From positions 1,583-65,582 of the forward strand of contig JAIYBC010000024.1 in the NCBI GenBank assembly GCA_027488845.1: a stretch of 64,000 nucleotides of DNA, in the 5' to 3' direction. The position numbers were made by a program, and so were the translations under genes. This document shows, one piece after another, positions 16,502-25,782 of this stretch. This stretch comes from Verrucomicrobiales bacterium (GTDB lineage: Bacteria > Verrucomicrobiota > Verrucomicrobiia > Limisphaerales > UBA9464). Position 1 is the first letter of the stretch. Each line of letters begins with the position of its first letter. The notes under the pieces were generated by a model, which had not been told where the DNA came from, did no database searches, and saw only the letters and a program-made list of their open reading frames with translations.

Positions 16502-17670
16502 GGGACCCGGATTCCCTTCGACTGCAGAAGGCGCCGGTAGAGGCGATCCTGTTCCTCCACCATCCGCTCCACGCCGAAGTTCTCCCTCACGAAGGCACGT
16601 CCGGCCTGCCCCAACGACCGACGGAGGTTGGGATCGTCGGACAGGCGCACCAAGGCGGCGGTCAGTGCGGAGAGGTCGCCGGGCGGAAGCAGGAAGCCCG
16701 TCCGGTCGGACTGGCAGACCTCGCCGGCACCGTCGCAATCGTAGGCGACCAGCGGAACGCCCGCGGCGGCGGCCTGGGGCAGAGCGCGGGGGAGTCCCTC
16801 CCGTCGGGACAGATGGACCAGCGCGTCCATCAGGGCCACATGCCGGGCGACCTCGGACGGAGGCACGAGTCCGGTGAAGACGAACCGGCCCTGCAGTCCC
16901 GGCAGCCGGGCGAGGGCTTCAAGGCGGGGACGCCATTCGCCGTCTCCGACGAGGAGGAAGCGGACGTTCGGAATCCGACGCACCAATTCCGGGGCGGCCG
17001 CGAAGAGGTCGTCGTGGCCCTTGAGGGCGAAGAGCCGGGCGATCTTGCCGATCACGAAGTCCTGCGGGGAAAGGCCGAGCTTCGACGCGAGGACGGGATC
17101 CCGTGTTGCCGTGAGGTACGGACCGAGGTCGAACCCGCTGAAGATGCGGGAGTAATCCCCGGCGCGGCCGATGCCGGCGTCGAGGTACTGTCGGCGCATG
17201 GCGTCGGCGACGACCACGAAATGGTCGGTCACACGGCCGGCGACGCGTTCGGCGTGGGTGAAGACAGCGTTGGCGGCGGGTCCTTGGAAGGGGCCGAAGC
17301 TCGGGCCGTGGATGGAATGGACCACCGCGGGGATCCCGGCCTTGTGGGCGGCGAGGCGGCCGAGGATCCCGGCCTTGCCGGAATGGGTGTGCACCAGGAC
17401 GGGGCGGGTGCGACGGAAGTGGCGGATCAGCGACCGATATCCAAGCAGGTCGTGCCAGGGATGGATGGGGCGGACCAGATGGGGTTCCAGCCGGAGGACG
17501 CCCGGATGTTCCCGGAAGACGGGCTCGAGCGACCCCTCGCGGCCGAGCGAAGGCCCGGAGACGAGTTCGAGGACCCATGGGGTCCTCCGGCACAGCCCGA
17601 GCACGGTCGAGACGGTGTTCTCCTGGGCGCCGCCGACGATGAGCCGCGTGATGACATGGCAGACGCGCAT
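16498..17670 (-). CDS. glycosyltransferase, GT-B fold (GT1/GT4-type)
   Basis: 390 aa. N-terminus MRVCHVITRLIVGGAQ. The C-terminal half carries the typical E-x7-E-like region (SRREGLPRALPQAAAAGVPLVAYD). Confidence 0.85.
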   Translation of the reverse strand: MRVCHVITRLIVGGAQENTVSTVLGLCRRTPWVLELVSGPSLGREGSLEPVFREHPGVLRLEPHLVRPIHPWHDLLGYRSLIRHFRRTRPVLVHTHSGKAGILGRLAAHKAGIPAVVHSIHGPSFGPFQGPAANAVFTHAERVAGRVTDHFVVVADAMRRQYLDAGIGRAGDYSRIFSGFDLGPYLTATRDPVLASKLGLSPQDFVIGKIARLFALKGHDDLFAAAPELVRRIPNVRFLLVGDGEWRPRLEALARLPGLQGRFVFTGLVPPSEVARHVALMDALVHLSRREGLPRALPQAAAAGVPLVAYDCDGAGEVCQSDRTGFLLPPGDLSALTAALVRLSDDPNLRRSLGQAGRAFVRENFGVERMVEEQDRLYRRLLQSKGIRVP

Positions 17671-17677
17671 GGGCGCC

Positions 17678-20479
17678 TCAGCGGCCGGCGCGGAGCGTGG
17701 CGACCCGCTGGACCGCGTTGGTGAACTCGGTGGTGTTCTTCGGGGCGATCTCGAGGTAGCGCTCCAACTGCTTCAACTCCTCCGAAGGCTGCTTCTCGAG
17801 CCGGGCGACCTCCGCGAGCCCGAACCGGACCTGGAAGGTCTCCATCTCGTCCTTCAGCAGCCGGGCATAGTCCGCCTTGGCCTCGGCCAACTGGCCTTGA
17901 AGCAGGCGGGAGATGGCTCGGTTGACCCGCGCCAGGTTGTTTTCGGGGGAAACCTCCAGGATGCGGGTCAGCGTTTCGGCCGCGGGCCCGTACTTGTTGT
18001 TCTGCATCAGGATGAGCGCACGACGGGAAAGGGCGGACTGGTCGCCCGGCGGCGACACCTTCTCCCAGTCGAGGGTCATCGCGATGGCGTCGTCGGCCCG
18101 GCCCAACAACATGTAGAGGTAGGAAAGCAGGTCGTGGATGTCCGGGCTCTGCGGATTGAGGCGGCGCGACTCGAGGAAGGGCGCCTCGGCTGCGGCGGTG
18201 TCCCCGAGCGCGATGCGGACGCGCCCCTCGGCCTCCTGGAGTCGGGCCCGCTCGGGATCGGTCCAACCGCCGGCGGCCGCGTCGCGTCGTGCCGCGGCCA
18301 GGGCGTTGGTCGCACTGGCCAGGTCGCCCAAGGTGACGGCGGCGGTGATGAAGCCGAAGCGGTTGAGCCGGTTGGTGGGGGAAAGGACCGAGGCGCGGTC
18401 GAACGCGATCGCAGCCCGACGAACGAGGTCGTCCCGCTGGGCAAGGAGGGCGCTTCCGAAGATCCGGAGGAACTCGGGTTCATCCACCGGGCCATGGAGG
18501 TCCAGCAGTCCGGTCTGACCGTCCCAGGCCTTGATCGCCTCGGGCGGGATCGGGACCTTGGCGGCCAGCGCCCCATTGACCACGCGATTCGCCTTCGCAG
18601 CGGCGTTCTCGGGGTTGAGACGGAGCGCCAGGTCGAACGCCTGGGCGGCCTCGGGGAGAAGCCCGGCCCGCTGGAAGAAGACTCCGGAGGCGTTGGCGTT
18701 CCGAGACCAGATCATGCCGAGGACAACCGAATTGGACGATCCCGCCTCGCGACCACGGACAACGGCTTCCACGGTCGGGGCCACCTCCTTCCAGAAGCCT
18801 TGGATGCCCTGGAGTTCGGCCTGATCCGCGGGAGCCTCGAGCAGGGACCTACGGGTCAACGCGCCTTGGAGGGAACCGACGGGACGGATGTCGAACGGCT
18901 CGGCGAAGAAGTTGAAGACCGGGGAGGTGAAGAACATCTGGCGGTTGGAAGCCGCCTCGACCGCCAGGGAAAGCCATTGGCCCGCGACGTTCTCCTTCGA
19001 TTCGGCGACCTTCGCGAGGGACGGCCATTCGGCGGAATGGCGGGCGACGATGAAGCGGCGGAACTCCCGTGTCGGCGCCAGACGGCCGTTGACCACCAGC
19101 AGCCCCTTCTTGCCGGAGAAGGTCGCATTGGCGGCGACCAAGGCGGTCCCCTGGACCGGATCCTCGGAGTAGACCATCGCCCGGTCCAACCCCCGGACCG
19201 GCGCCAGCAGGGTCAGGGCGAGATCGGCGAGACCCCGTCCGTTCTCGGCCCGGATCACCGGCAGGTTGCGGTAGATCAGCAGCGCCGGAACGCCGACGGT
19301 GGCGATCACGGTCAATCCAGCCAACGCCTTGAAGGCGAGTTTTCCGAGGGGGCCCATGTCGCGCGCGTGCCGTTCCTCGGGTTCCGCCGTGCCCATCAGC
19401 AGGTAGTAGCCGGCGACATAGGCGATCACGAGCGCCGAGCAGTAGGAGAAGGTCAGCAGGGGAACCCCGTAGGCCATCTGCCGCGGGCTGAAGCGGGTGT
19501 CGAGGGCCAACGCGAGGCAACCTGCGAACCAGACGAACTTCAACAGCTGCCAGACCAGGGTCGAGATGAGGCGGTCGATGCCGGTGCCGGACGGCGTGCC
19601 CCATCGGAACGCCAAGGCCGGAAGCGGCAGCAGCATCAGGAAGGCGAGCAGCAGGAACCGGCTGCGGGGCAGCATCAGGATCTGGGTCTTCTTGACGCCG
19701 AGCACGGACGTGAGGAGTTCCCAGTACGGCTGGTCGACGCGCCCACCGGCCTTGGCGATGACGGGGACGACGAGGATGACGGCAAAGCCCGCCAGGAAGG
19801 CGAGGAACATGCGGAGCAGGAAGCCGAGGTTGAAGAAGGCCATGCCCCGGACCCAGGCGACGGCGATCAGGAAAAGCGGGGAGAAACCGATCATCGCCCA
19901 GTTGTCGGCAACGCCGATGCCCACCAGGACGGCGAGGGTCCAGAGGCGGCGTTCGCGGCCGTCGAGCCGGTATTCGAGAAGGTTGCGGACGGCCCAGGCG
20001 AAGACGAACAGGTCGAGCATTTCCCGGGTGTAGGAGGTGGCATGCAGCCAGAAGAGGTATTGGAAGGCCAAGAACAAGGTCGCGAGGACAGGCGGAACCC
20101 AGGCGAGCGGAAGGGTCAGGAGGCCGATGTCGGAAGGTTCCCGGATACGCTCCTCGTGGCGGCGGTCGTGGGGAAGCAGGGCCGCGGATCGGGCCAACTG
20201 GAAGATCACCCCACCGGCGAGGAGGGCGGTGAGGAAGTTCGCGACCAACGGGAATGCGGTTCCGGCAACCCGGGCCGCCACGCCGCCGAGGACCAGGTGG
20301 ACCGGTTGGGAAAACGGGAACTCGAACGACCATCCGGCGGCTTCCGTGACCGGCCGGAGGCTCTGGATCCCCATCCAGGGATTGAGCGTGGCGAGATAGA
20401 CCAGCACGACCACGGCCGACAGGACCCAGGGAAGCTTCCGGGTCACGAAGAGACGGGAGGAACGGGGCTTGTCGGACAT
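17678..20479 (-). CDS. large polytopic membrane protein (GT-C-like, resembles DUF2723/TMEM260-type) fused to a C-terminal TPR domain
   Basis: About 10-11 hydrophobic segments in the first ~430 aa, then ~500 aa of TPR-like repeats (e.g. AETLTRILEVSPENNLARVNRAISRLLQGQLAEAKADYARLL). The ORF-track start at 20521 is TTG, so I prefer ATG 20477-20479 (MSDKPRSS). The family assignment is by eye only. Confidence 0.7.
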   Translation of the reverse strand: MSDKPRSSRLFVTRKLPWVLSAVVVLVYLATLNPWMGIQSLRPVTEAAGWSFEFPFSQPVHLVLGGVAARVAGTAFPLVANFLTALLAGGVIFQLARSAALLPHDRRHEERIREPSDIGLLTLPLAWVPPVLATLFLAFQYLFWLHATSYTREMLDLFVFAWAVRNLLEYRLDGRERRLWTLAVLVGIGVADNWAMIGFSPLFLIAVAWVRGMAFFNLGFLLRMFLAFLAGFAVILVVPVIAKAGGRVDQPYWELLTSVLGVKKTQILMLPRSRFLLLAFLMLLPLPALAFRWGTPSGTGIDRLISTLVWQLLKFVWFAGCLALALDTRFSPRQMAYGVPLLTFSYCSALVIAYVAGYYLLMGTAEPEERHARDMGPLGKLAFKALAGLTVIATVGVPALLIYRNLPVIRAENGRGLADLALTLLAPVRGLDRAMVYSEDPVQGTALVAANATFSGKKGLLVVNGRLAPTREFRRFIVARHSAEWPSLAKVAESKENVAGQWLSLAVEAASNRQMFFTSPVFNFFAEPFDIRPVGSLQGALTRRSLLEAPADQAELQGIQGFWKEVAPTVEAVVRGREAGSSNSVVLGMIWSRNANASGVFFQRAGLLPEAAQAFDLALRLNPENAAAKANRVVNGALAAKVPIPPEAIKAWDGQTGLLDLHGPVDEPEFLRIFGSALLAQRDDLVRRAAIAFDRASVLSPTNRLNRFGFITAAVTLGDLASATNALAAARRDAAAGGWTDPERARLQEAEGRVRIALGDTAAAEAPFLESRRLNPQSPDIHDLLSYLYMLLGRADDAIAMTLDWEKVSPPGDQSALSRRALILMQNNKYGPAAETLTRILEVSPENNLARVNRAISRLLQGQLAEAKADYARLLKDEMETFQVRFGLAEVARLEKQPSEELKQLERYLEIAPKNTTEFTNAVQRVATLRAGR

Positions 20480-20563
20480 AGGTTCGTCGGGAAGCGTCCG
20501 GAATCCTGCCACGAAAGGCAATCGGATCGAAGCCGGAGACGGGGAGGGAGCCGAAACGGAAAC

Positions 20564-20588
20564 GGCGGACCCCGCCAGGGGGTCCGCC
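20564..20588 (-). terminator. probable intrinsic terminator after the HU gene
   Basis: Stem ggcggacccc / ggggtccgcc with a 4-nt loop. On the minus strand it is followed by GTTTCCGTTTCGG. Confidence 0.5.
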
Positions 20589-20618
20589 GTGACCTGTTCG
20601 CGCTGGGGCGAAGCGGGA

Positions 20619-20906
20619 TTACTTGCTGCCGAGGATCGCGTCCTTCGCGGCCTTGGCCACGCGGAACTTCACGACCTTCTTGGCCGGGATCTTGATCTCG
20701 GCGCCGGTGGCCGGGTTGCGACCGATGCGGGCCTTGCGGTTCACCAGGACCAGCTTGCCGACGCCCGGGAAGGTGAAGGTGTTCTTGGCGTTCTTGTAGG
20801 ACAGCTCCGCGAGAGTCTCGAGCACGGCGACAGCCTGCTTCTTGGTGATCTCAGTCTTCTCGGCGAGAGTGGCGGCGATCTGGGATTTGGTCAGTGCTTT
20901 GGCCAT
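20619..20906 (-). CDS. hup: HU family DNA-binding protein (95 aa)
   Basis: MAKALTKSQIAATLAEKTEITKKQA...RKARIGRNPATGAEIKIPAKKVVKFR matches the HU/IHF signature GRNPxTGxxIxIPA. The long upstream extension of ORF 20619-22025 is antisense to the kinase gene and is rejected. Confidence 0.93.
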   Translation of the reverse strand: MAKALTKSQIAATLAEKTEITKKQAVAVLETLAELSYKNAKNTFTFPGVGKLVLVNRKARIGRNPATGAEIKIPAKKVVKFRVAKAAKDAILGSK

Positions 20907-20963
20907 AGGACGGGTGAGATGTGTTTGGACTGTGGTGTGATGTCGTCGGTGACTTCGGGCGGG

Positions 20964-20992
20964 ATTTAGCGCCGGCAAAAACAGTGGATCAA
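20964..20992 (-). promoter_or_regulatory. candidate sigma-70 promoter of the HU gene
   Basis: The minus strand reads TTGATC, a 17-nt spacer, then CTAAAT. It lies about 55 nt upstream of the HU ATG, in the lowest-GC stretch of the intergenic region. Confidence 0.4.
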
Positions 20993-21020
20993 GAGAAAAC
21001 CCAATAAAACCGGACCTTTC

Positions 21021-22217
21021 GTGCAGGTTTCGATGCCATTGCCGAAGACCCGCCGCCTTGACTTGCCAAGCCTCCCCCGGAAGATCGGAAGCGTGCCCGG
21101 CCCCATCAAGGTCATCCAAAGCGGCTTCCGCTACGAGATCGTCCGCCTCATCTGCGAAGGTGGCATGGGCGCGGTCTACGAGGCCCGCCAGCTCGGCATC
21201 CAAGGCTTCGAAAAACGGGTCGCGATCAAGCTGATCCGGGAACGGTTCACCAGCCAGCCGGACTTCGCCGAGAACCTGGTCGGCGAGGCCCGACTCGTGG
21301 CGGACCTCATCCACACCAACATCGTCCAGACCTACCACTTGGGCGAGGTGGAAGGTTCCCCGTTCATCTGCATGGAACTGATCGGCGGGGTGAACCTCGA
21401 GCAGTTCGTGCACCGGTTGGCGGACCGCAAGCGGAAGCTGCCCGTGGAACTGGCCGTGTTCATCGTGAGCCGGATCGCCCGTGGGCTCGCCTACGCCCAC
21501 GCCAAGACCGACCGCTTCGGGAAACCCCTGGGCATCGTCCACCGCGACATCAGTCCGAAGAACATCATGATCGCCTGGGAAGGCGACGTGAAGCTGACCG
21601 ACTTCGGCATCGCCAAGGCGGCAGGCTACCTGAAGTCCAACGAGGGCGAGGAGGTGGCGGGCAAGGCGGAATACATGAGTCCGGAACAGGCGGACTTCCA
21701 GATCACGGACAAGCGTTCGGATCTGTTCAGCGCCGGGATCGTCCTGAGCCAACTGCTGACCGGCCAGAACATCTTCCGCGGCCCGACCGTCGAGGACTCC
21801 CGGCAACGGGTCATCAAGACGCCCATCCCCGACTTCACCCAGCTCAACCCCGATCTGGAACCCCGGCTGAACGCCATCCTCCAGCGGTCGTTGGCGCGCG
21901 ATCTCTCCCATCGGTACCCGACCGCGGACGACATGCTCTACGAGTTGGAGTACTTCATCTACCACCGCGGCTACGGCCCCACCAACGAGACGCTTGGGAA
22001 GTTCGTCCGCGACCTGTTCCAGCACGATCCGGCCCGGTCGACGCGGGATCCCGGCAAGGGGACCACGGCTCGCATCACGGCGAACACGAAGAACGCCTCG
22101 CGGGCCGGCACCCGCACCACCGCACGCACGGCGGCCACCGCCAAGACGCGTCGGACGACGAAGTCCACGCGGTCGCCGAAAGGTCTCCTGAACCGAATCC
22201 GTTCCCAGTTCAAATGA
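21021..22217 (+). CDS. Hanks-type serine/threonine protein kinase, soluble, with a basic Thr/Arg/Ala-rich C-terminal tail
   Basis: Glycine loop ICEGGMGAVYEA, VAIK lysine, HRDISPKN and DFG motifs. No TM segment. Tail reads TARITANTKNASRAGTRTTARTAATAKTRRTTKSTRSPK. Start is GTG 21021 or ATG 21033. The stop overlaps the aguB start. Confidence 0.9.
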   Translation: MQVSMPLPKTRRLDLPSLPRKIGSVPGPIKVIQSGFRYEIVRLICEGGMGAVYEARQLGIQGFEKRVAIKLIRERFTSQPDFAENLVGEARLVADLIHTNIVQTYHLGEVEGSPFICMELIGGVNLEQFVHRLADRKRKLPVELAVFIVSRIARGLAYAHAKTDRFGKPLGIVHRDISPKNIMIAWEGDVKLTDFGIAKAAGYLKSNEGEEVAGKAEYMSPEQADFQITDKRSDLFSAGIVLSQLLTGQNIFRGPTVEDSRQRVIKTPIPDFTQLNPDLEPRLNAILQRSLARDLSHRYPTADDMLYELEYFIYHRGYGPTNETLGKFVRDLFQHDPARSTRDPGKGTTARITANTKNASRAGTRTTARTAATAKTRRTTKSTRSPKGLLNRIRSQFK

Positions 22218-23116
22218 GCCGCAGCACCACCAGGAAGGGCCGTACCGTCACGCTCGGCCTCCTCCAACACGCCTGTACCGCCGACCCACGCGAGAACCTC
22301 GCCACCTGCCTTGCGGCCGCCGACCGGGCGGCCAAGGACGGCGCCCAGATCATCTGCACCCAGGAGCTCTTCCGTTCGCAGTACTTCTGCCAGAACGAAG
22401 ACCACGGGAACTTCCTCCTCGCGGAGCGGATCCCGGGCCCCAGCACCGAAGCCTTCCAGAAGCTGGCGAAGAAGCGGGGTGTCGTGGTCATCGCCTCCCT
22501 GTTCGAGAAGCGGGCCGAGGGTCTCTACCACAACACCGCGGCGGTCATCGACGCCGACGGCTCGTTGCTCGGGACCTACCGGAAGATGCATATCCCGGAC
22601 GACCCGCTGTACTACGAGAAGTTCTACTTCACCCCCGGCGACAAGGGCTTTCGCGCCTGGGACACGCGGTACGGCCGGATCGGGGTCCTGATCTGTTGGG
22701 ACCAATGGTATCCCGAGGGCGCACGACTCACCGCCATGGACGGGGCGGAGATCCTCTTCTACCCGACCGCCATCGGTTGGCATCCCTCGGAGAAGGCCGA
22801 GTACGGCGTGAACCAGCATGGCGCTTGGGAAACCATCCAACGCTCCCATGCGGTCGCCAACGGATGCTTCGTCGCCGCCGTGAACCGGATCGGCGTGGAA
22901 CAGCCCATCGGTGGGGATGGAATCGAGTTCTGGGGCCAAAGCTTCGTCGCGGGCACGAGCGGCCAGATCCTCGCCAAGGCGCCGGTGGACAAGCCGGAGA
23001 ACCTGCTGGTCGAGGTCGACCTGACCAAGGTGGACGTGACCCGCACGCATTGGCCGTTCCTGCGGGATCGGCGGATTGACGCGTACGGCGACCTGACCAA
23101 ACGGTTCCGTGACTGA
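22214..23116 (+). CDS. aguB: N-carbamoylputrescine amidase (carbon-nitrogen hydrolase family)
   Basis: 300 aa. Nitrilase-superfamily Glu/Lys/Cys triad context (CTQELF, YRKMHIPD, LICWDQWYPE). Full-length resemblance to AguB. Confidence 0.85.
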   Translation: MSRSTTRKGRTVTLGLLQHACTADPRENLATCLAAADRAAKDGAQIICTQELFRSQYFCQNEDHGNFLLAERIPGPSTEAFQKLAKKRGVVVIASLFEKRAEGLYHNTAAVIDADGSLLGTYRKMHIPDDPLYYEKFYFTPGDKGFRAWDTRYGRIGVLICWDQWYPEGARLTAMDGAEILFYPTAIGWHPSEKAEYGVNQHGAWETIQRSHAVANGCFVAAVNRIGVEQPIGGDGIEFWGQSFVAGTSGQILAKAPVDKPENLLVEVDLTKVDVTRTHWPFLRDRRIDAYGDLTKRFRD

Positions 23117-23154
23117 CCGGCTCCGGCACCGCTTCCTCCAATCCCGCAATCGTC

Positions 23155-23964
23155 ATGCGACTTCCCTTGGAAGGCCGAGCCTTCGTGGTGATCGGCGGAA
23201 CCAGCGGATTGGGACTTTCGGCGGTCCGGGCCCTGGTCGGCTCCGATGCCCGCGTGGTCTCCGTCGGACGCGATCCCGACAAGGTCGAGGCGCTCCGTCA
23301 GGAATTGGGGGCGGCGGGGCGGGTGCTGGCCGGAGACGCCGTCGATCCCTCGACCGCGGAATCGGCCATCACCGAATGCCTCGGATCCTTCGGGCGGTTC
23401 GACGGACTCTACCACGTGGCCGGCGGCAGCGGTCGCCGGTTCGGCGACGGCCCACTGCACACCATCAGCGATGATGGCTGGGACCGCACCCTCGACCTGA
23501 ACCTCAAGTCGATCTTCCTTTCCAACAGGGCTGCGGTGCGCCGGTTGCTGGACCGGAAACAGTCAGGGTCGGTGGTGAACTGCGGTTCAGTGCTGGGCTT
23601 CTCCCCTTCCCCGCACTTCTTCACCACCCATGCCTACGCGGCCGCCAAGGCGGCCTTGATCGGACTCACACGATCCGCTGCCGCCCACTACGCGGGCGAC
23701 GACATCCGCTTCAACGTCGTCGCCCCGGCTCTTGTGGCGACGCCGATGTCCCGACGCGCGCAGGAGAGTTCCGAAATCCAGGCATTCATCCGGACCAAGC
23801 AACCGTTGGATGGCGGCCGAATGGGAGTTCCCGAAGACCTGGATGCCGCGGTCCTTTGGCTGCTGTCGGAAGCCTCACGATTCGTCACCGGACAGGTGAT
23901 CTCGGTGGACGGAGGCTGGACGGTTTCGGAAGGCCAGATTCCCCAGCCGGACAAGTCCCATTGA
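23155..23964 (+). CDS. short-chain dehydrogenase/reductase (SDR) family oxidoreductase
   Basis: GGTSGLG cofactor motif, YAAAK catalytic motif, 269 aa. Confidence 0.88.
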   Translation: MRLPLEGRAFVVIGGTSGLGLSAVRALVGSDARVVSVGRDPDKVEALRQELGAAGRVLAGDAVDPSTAESAITECLGSFGRFDGLYHVAGGSGRRFGDGPLHTISDDGWDRTLDLNLKSIFLSNRAAVRRLLDRKQSGSVVNCGSVLGFSPSPHFFTTHAYAAAKAALIGLTRSAAAHYAGDDIRFNVVAPALVATPMSRRAQESSEIQAFIRTKQPLDGGRMGVPEDLDAAVLWLLSEASRFVTGQVISVDGGWTVSEGQIPQPDKSH

Positions 23965-23966
23965 TC

Positions 23967-24878
23967 ATGCACGCCCAACACCACATCGGCATCGACCTCG
24001 GCGGATCCAGCGTCAAGGCCGCAGCGGTGACCCGCGAAGGCACACTGCTCGAGTCGCTCAATCTTCCCTTCGTGGACCGTGACATGGAATGGGCCCTCAG
24101 GGTGGAGGAAGCGGTCGAGTCCCTTCGGACGAAGCTGGGCGACCCCGTCGGAATCGGCCTGTCGGCGCCCGGATTGGCCGCGGCCGACGAGCGTTCCATC
24201 GCCTTCTTGCCGGGGCGCCTGGAGGGACTGGAGGGACTGGACTGGACGCGTCGGCTTGGTTCTTCGGCTCCCATTCCGGTGCTGAACGACGCCCATGCGG
24301 CGTTGTTGGGCGAAGCCTGGATCGGTGCCGCCGCCGGCGTGGACAATACCTTCATGCTGACCCTGGGAACCGGGGTGGGTGGAGCCGCGATCGTGGACGG
24401 ACGTCTTCTCAAGGGGCGCCTCGGTCGGGCTGGTCACCTCGGGCATGTCTCGGTCGATTTCCAAGGCCCTTTGGACGATGTCGGCACCCCGGGATCCGTG
24501 GAGTCCGAGATCGGAAACAAGACCCTCCAGCAGCGCTGTGGGGGACGCCATCCCAACACCCACGCACTCGTCGCGGCCGTCGAATCGGGAGACCTCGAAG
24601 CCCGACGGATCTGGGAGCGTTCCGTCCAAGCCTTGGGCGCTGCCGTGGCCTCGCTGATCAACGTGTTGGACCCCGAAGTGGTGATCATCGGGGGAGGAAT
24701 CGCCCGGGCGGGCAAGACCCTGTTCGAGCCGTTGGCGAAGGAGTTGGAACGCGTCGAGTGGCGCCCCGGTGGCCATCAGGTCCGCATCGTTCCGGCGCAA
24801 CTGGGGGATCTCGCCGGCGCCTACGGTTCCGCCATCAATTCGATCCGACGACGTCATTCCACCGTCGACGGTCGCTGA
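23967..24878 (+). CDS. ROK family sugar kinase (glucokinase-like), lacking the usual zinc-binding Cys cluster
   Basis: IGIDLGGSSVKAA and LTLGTGVGGA motifs. It has GHLGHVSVD, but the following CxCGxxGC motif is replaced by DDVGTPGSVES. Start at ATG 23967, 2 nt after the SDR stop. Confidence 0.85.
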   Translation: MHAQHHIGIDLGGSSVKAAAVTREGTLLESLNLPFVDRDMEWALRVEEAVESLRTKLGDPVGIGLSAPGLAAADERSIAFLPGRLEGLEGLDWTRRLGSSAPIPVLNDAHAALLGEAWIGAAAGVDNTFMLTLGTGVGGAAIVDGRLLKGRLGRAGHLGHVSVDFQGPLDDVGTPGSVESEIGNKTLQQRCGGRHPNTHALVAAVESGDLEARRIWERSVQALGAAVASLINVLDPEVVIIGGGIARAGKTLFEPLAKELERVEWRPGGHQVRIVPAQLGDLAGAYGSAINSIRRRHSTVDGR

Positions 24879-25125
24879 TTCCGTCCGGTAGCAGCAGGTT
24901 CTCTCCAAGCCGTTGAGTCTGCCGGCGGTCGTGGCGGCCAAGGGTGACGCTTTCTCTGGCCATCGTTGGCATGGGAGGCGCGCACTCCGTTCCGAGGGAT
25001 CCCGCTCTTCTCAGCCCCGTACAGCCTCTGGGCACACCTGAAAGGGCTCGACCAACGCCTTGAGGGCGGATCTGCAACTCGGTGATTTCCGGCACTTCGA
25101 CCGGGCTCCAGTCTTTCCGGGAAAC

Positions 25126-25160
25126 AAAAAGGCCATTCCGGTTGCCCGGAATGGCCTTTT
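25126..25160. terminator. bidirectional intrinsic terminator
   Basis: aaaaaggccattccgg-ttgc-ccggaatggcctttt: a perfect 11-bp GC-rich stem flanked by A and T tracts. It lies 16 nt after the stop of the minus-strand PEP-CTERM gene. Confidence 0.85.
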
Positions 25161-25176
25161 GTAGAATCAAACCAGA

Positions 25177-25761
25177 TTACTTGCGGCGGCGCCAGAGGAG
25201 CGCGGCGGCACCGAGAGCGCCGAGGGCGATCGTGGTGGGCTCAGGAACCACGGGGATCGCGGTCAGCTGGAAGCCACGGAAGTTCACGATGTTCTGGGAG
25301 CTCGGATCGGAGGCAGCTCCGACGGTGTAGGTGAACACCGAGGAGACGCCGGCCTGGGTCGGAGCCGCACCGAGGTGACCACCAGCGGCGAGGGCGGCCG
25401 AAGCGGCATCCCAGCTGGAGAACACGGCGGAGTCCCAAACGCGGACCTGCATCGCGACCGTGGCGCCGGTGTCGAAACCGGTCAGGGTGCGGATACCTTC
25501 AGCGCCCGGATTCCAAGTACCAACGAAGGTCGAGGTCGAAGCGCGGAACGGCATGTTCGCGCCGAGGACGGTCGCCGGTGTGGAACCGTTGGCACCGTAG
25601 ACGAGCTGGGCGACGAACGACGTTCCCGAGAGGGGAGCGCCAGCAGTGCTGGTCACCAGCTGGGCCGGGGTCAGACCGCGGTTGTTGACGTTGACGAAGC
25701 CCTGACCGAAGGCAGAGACCACGAGCGCCGAAGCGGCGACAATGTAGGCGAGCTTATTCAT
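25177..25761 (-). CDS. PEP-CTERM sorting-domain secreted protein
   Basis: Signal peptide MNKLAYIVAASALVVSAFGQ. C-terminal VPEPTTIALGALGAAALLWRRRK gives PEP motif, TM segment and basic tail. Confidence 0.9.
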   Translation of the reverse strand: MNKLAYIVAASALVVSAFGQGFVNVNNRGLTPAQLVTSTAGAPLSGTSFVAQLVYGANGSTPATVLGANMPFRASTSTFVGTWNPGAEGIRTLTGFDTGATVAMQVRVWDSAVFSSWDAASAALAAGGHLGAAPTQAGVSSVFTYTVGAASDPSSQNIVNFRGFQLTAIPVVPEPTTIALGALGAAALLWRRRK

Positions 25762-25782
25762 GGGTTGGATAAACCGTTAGGG

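Noticed and set aside
17171-20695. 1174-aa ORF on the plus strand
   Set aside because: It is antisense to the GT and GT-C/TPR genes. The product is Arg/Gly/Glu/Pro-rich with no motifs, so it is a shadow ORF.
20907-22025. Long N-terminal extension of the HU ORF (468-aa ORF 20619-22025)
   Set aside because: Only the last 95 aa are HU-like. The extension is antisense to the kinase gene, which has complete Hanks motifs.
24879-25125. A 247-nt gene-free stretch after the ROK kinase gene as a possible ncRNA (111-aa minus-strand ORF 24835-25170 also present)
   Set aside because: I recognised no conserved RNA motifs (SRP, 6S, RNase P, tmRNA). The ORF product is Arg/Gly/Pro-rich without features and overlaps the terminator. 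The evidence is insufficient either way.
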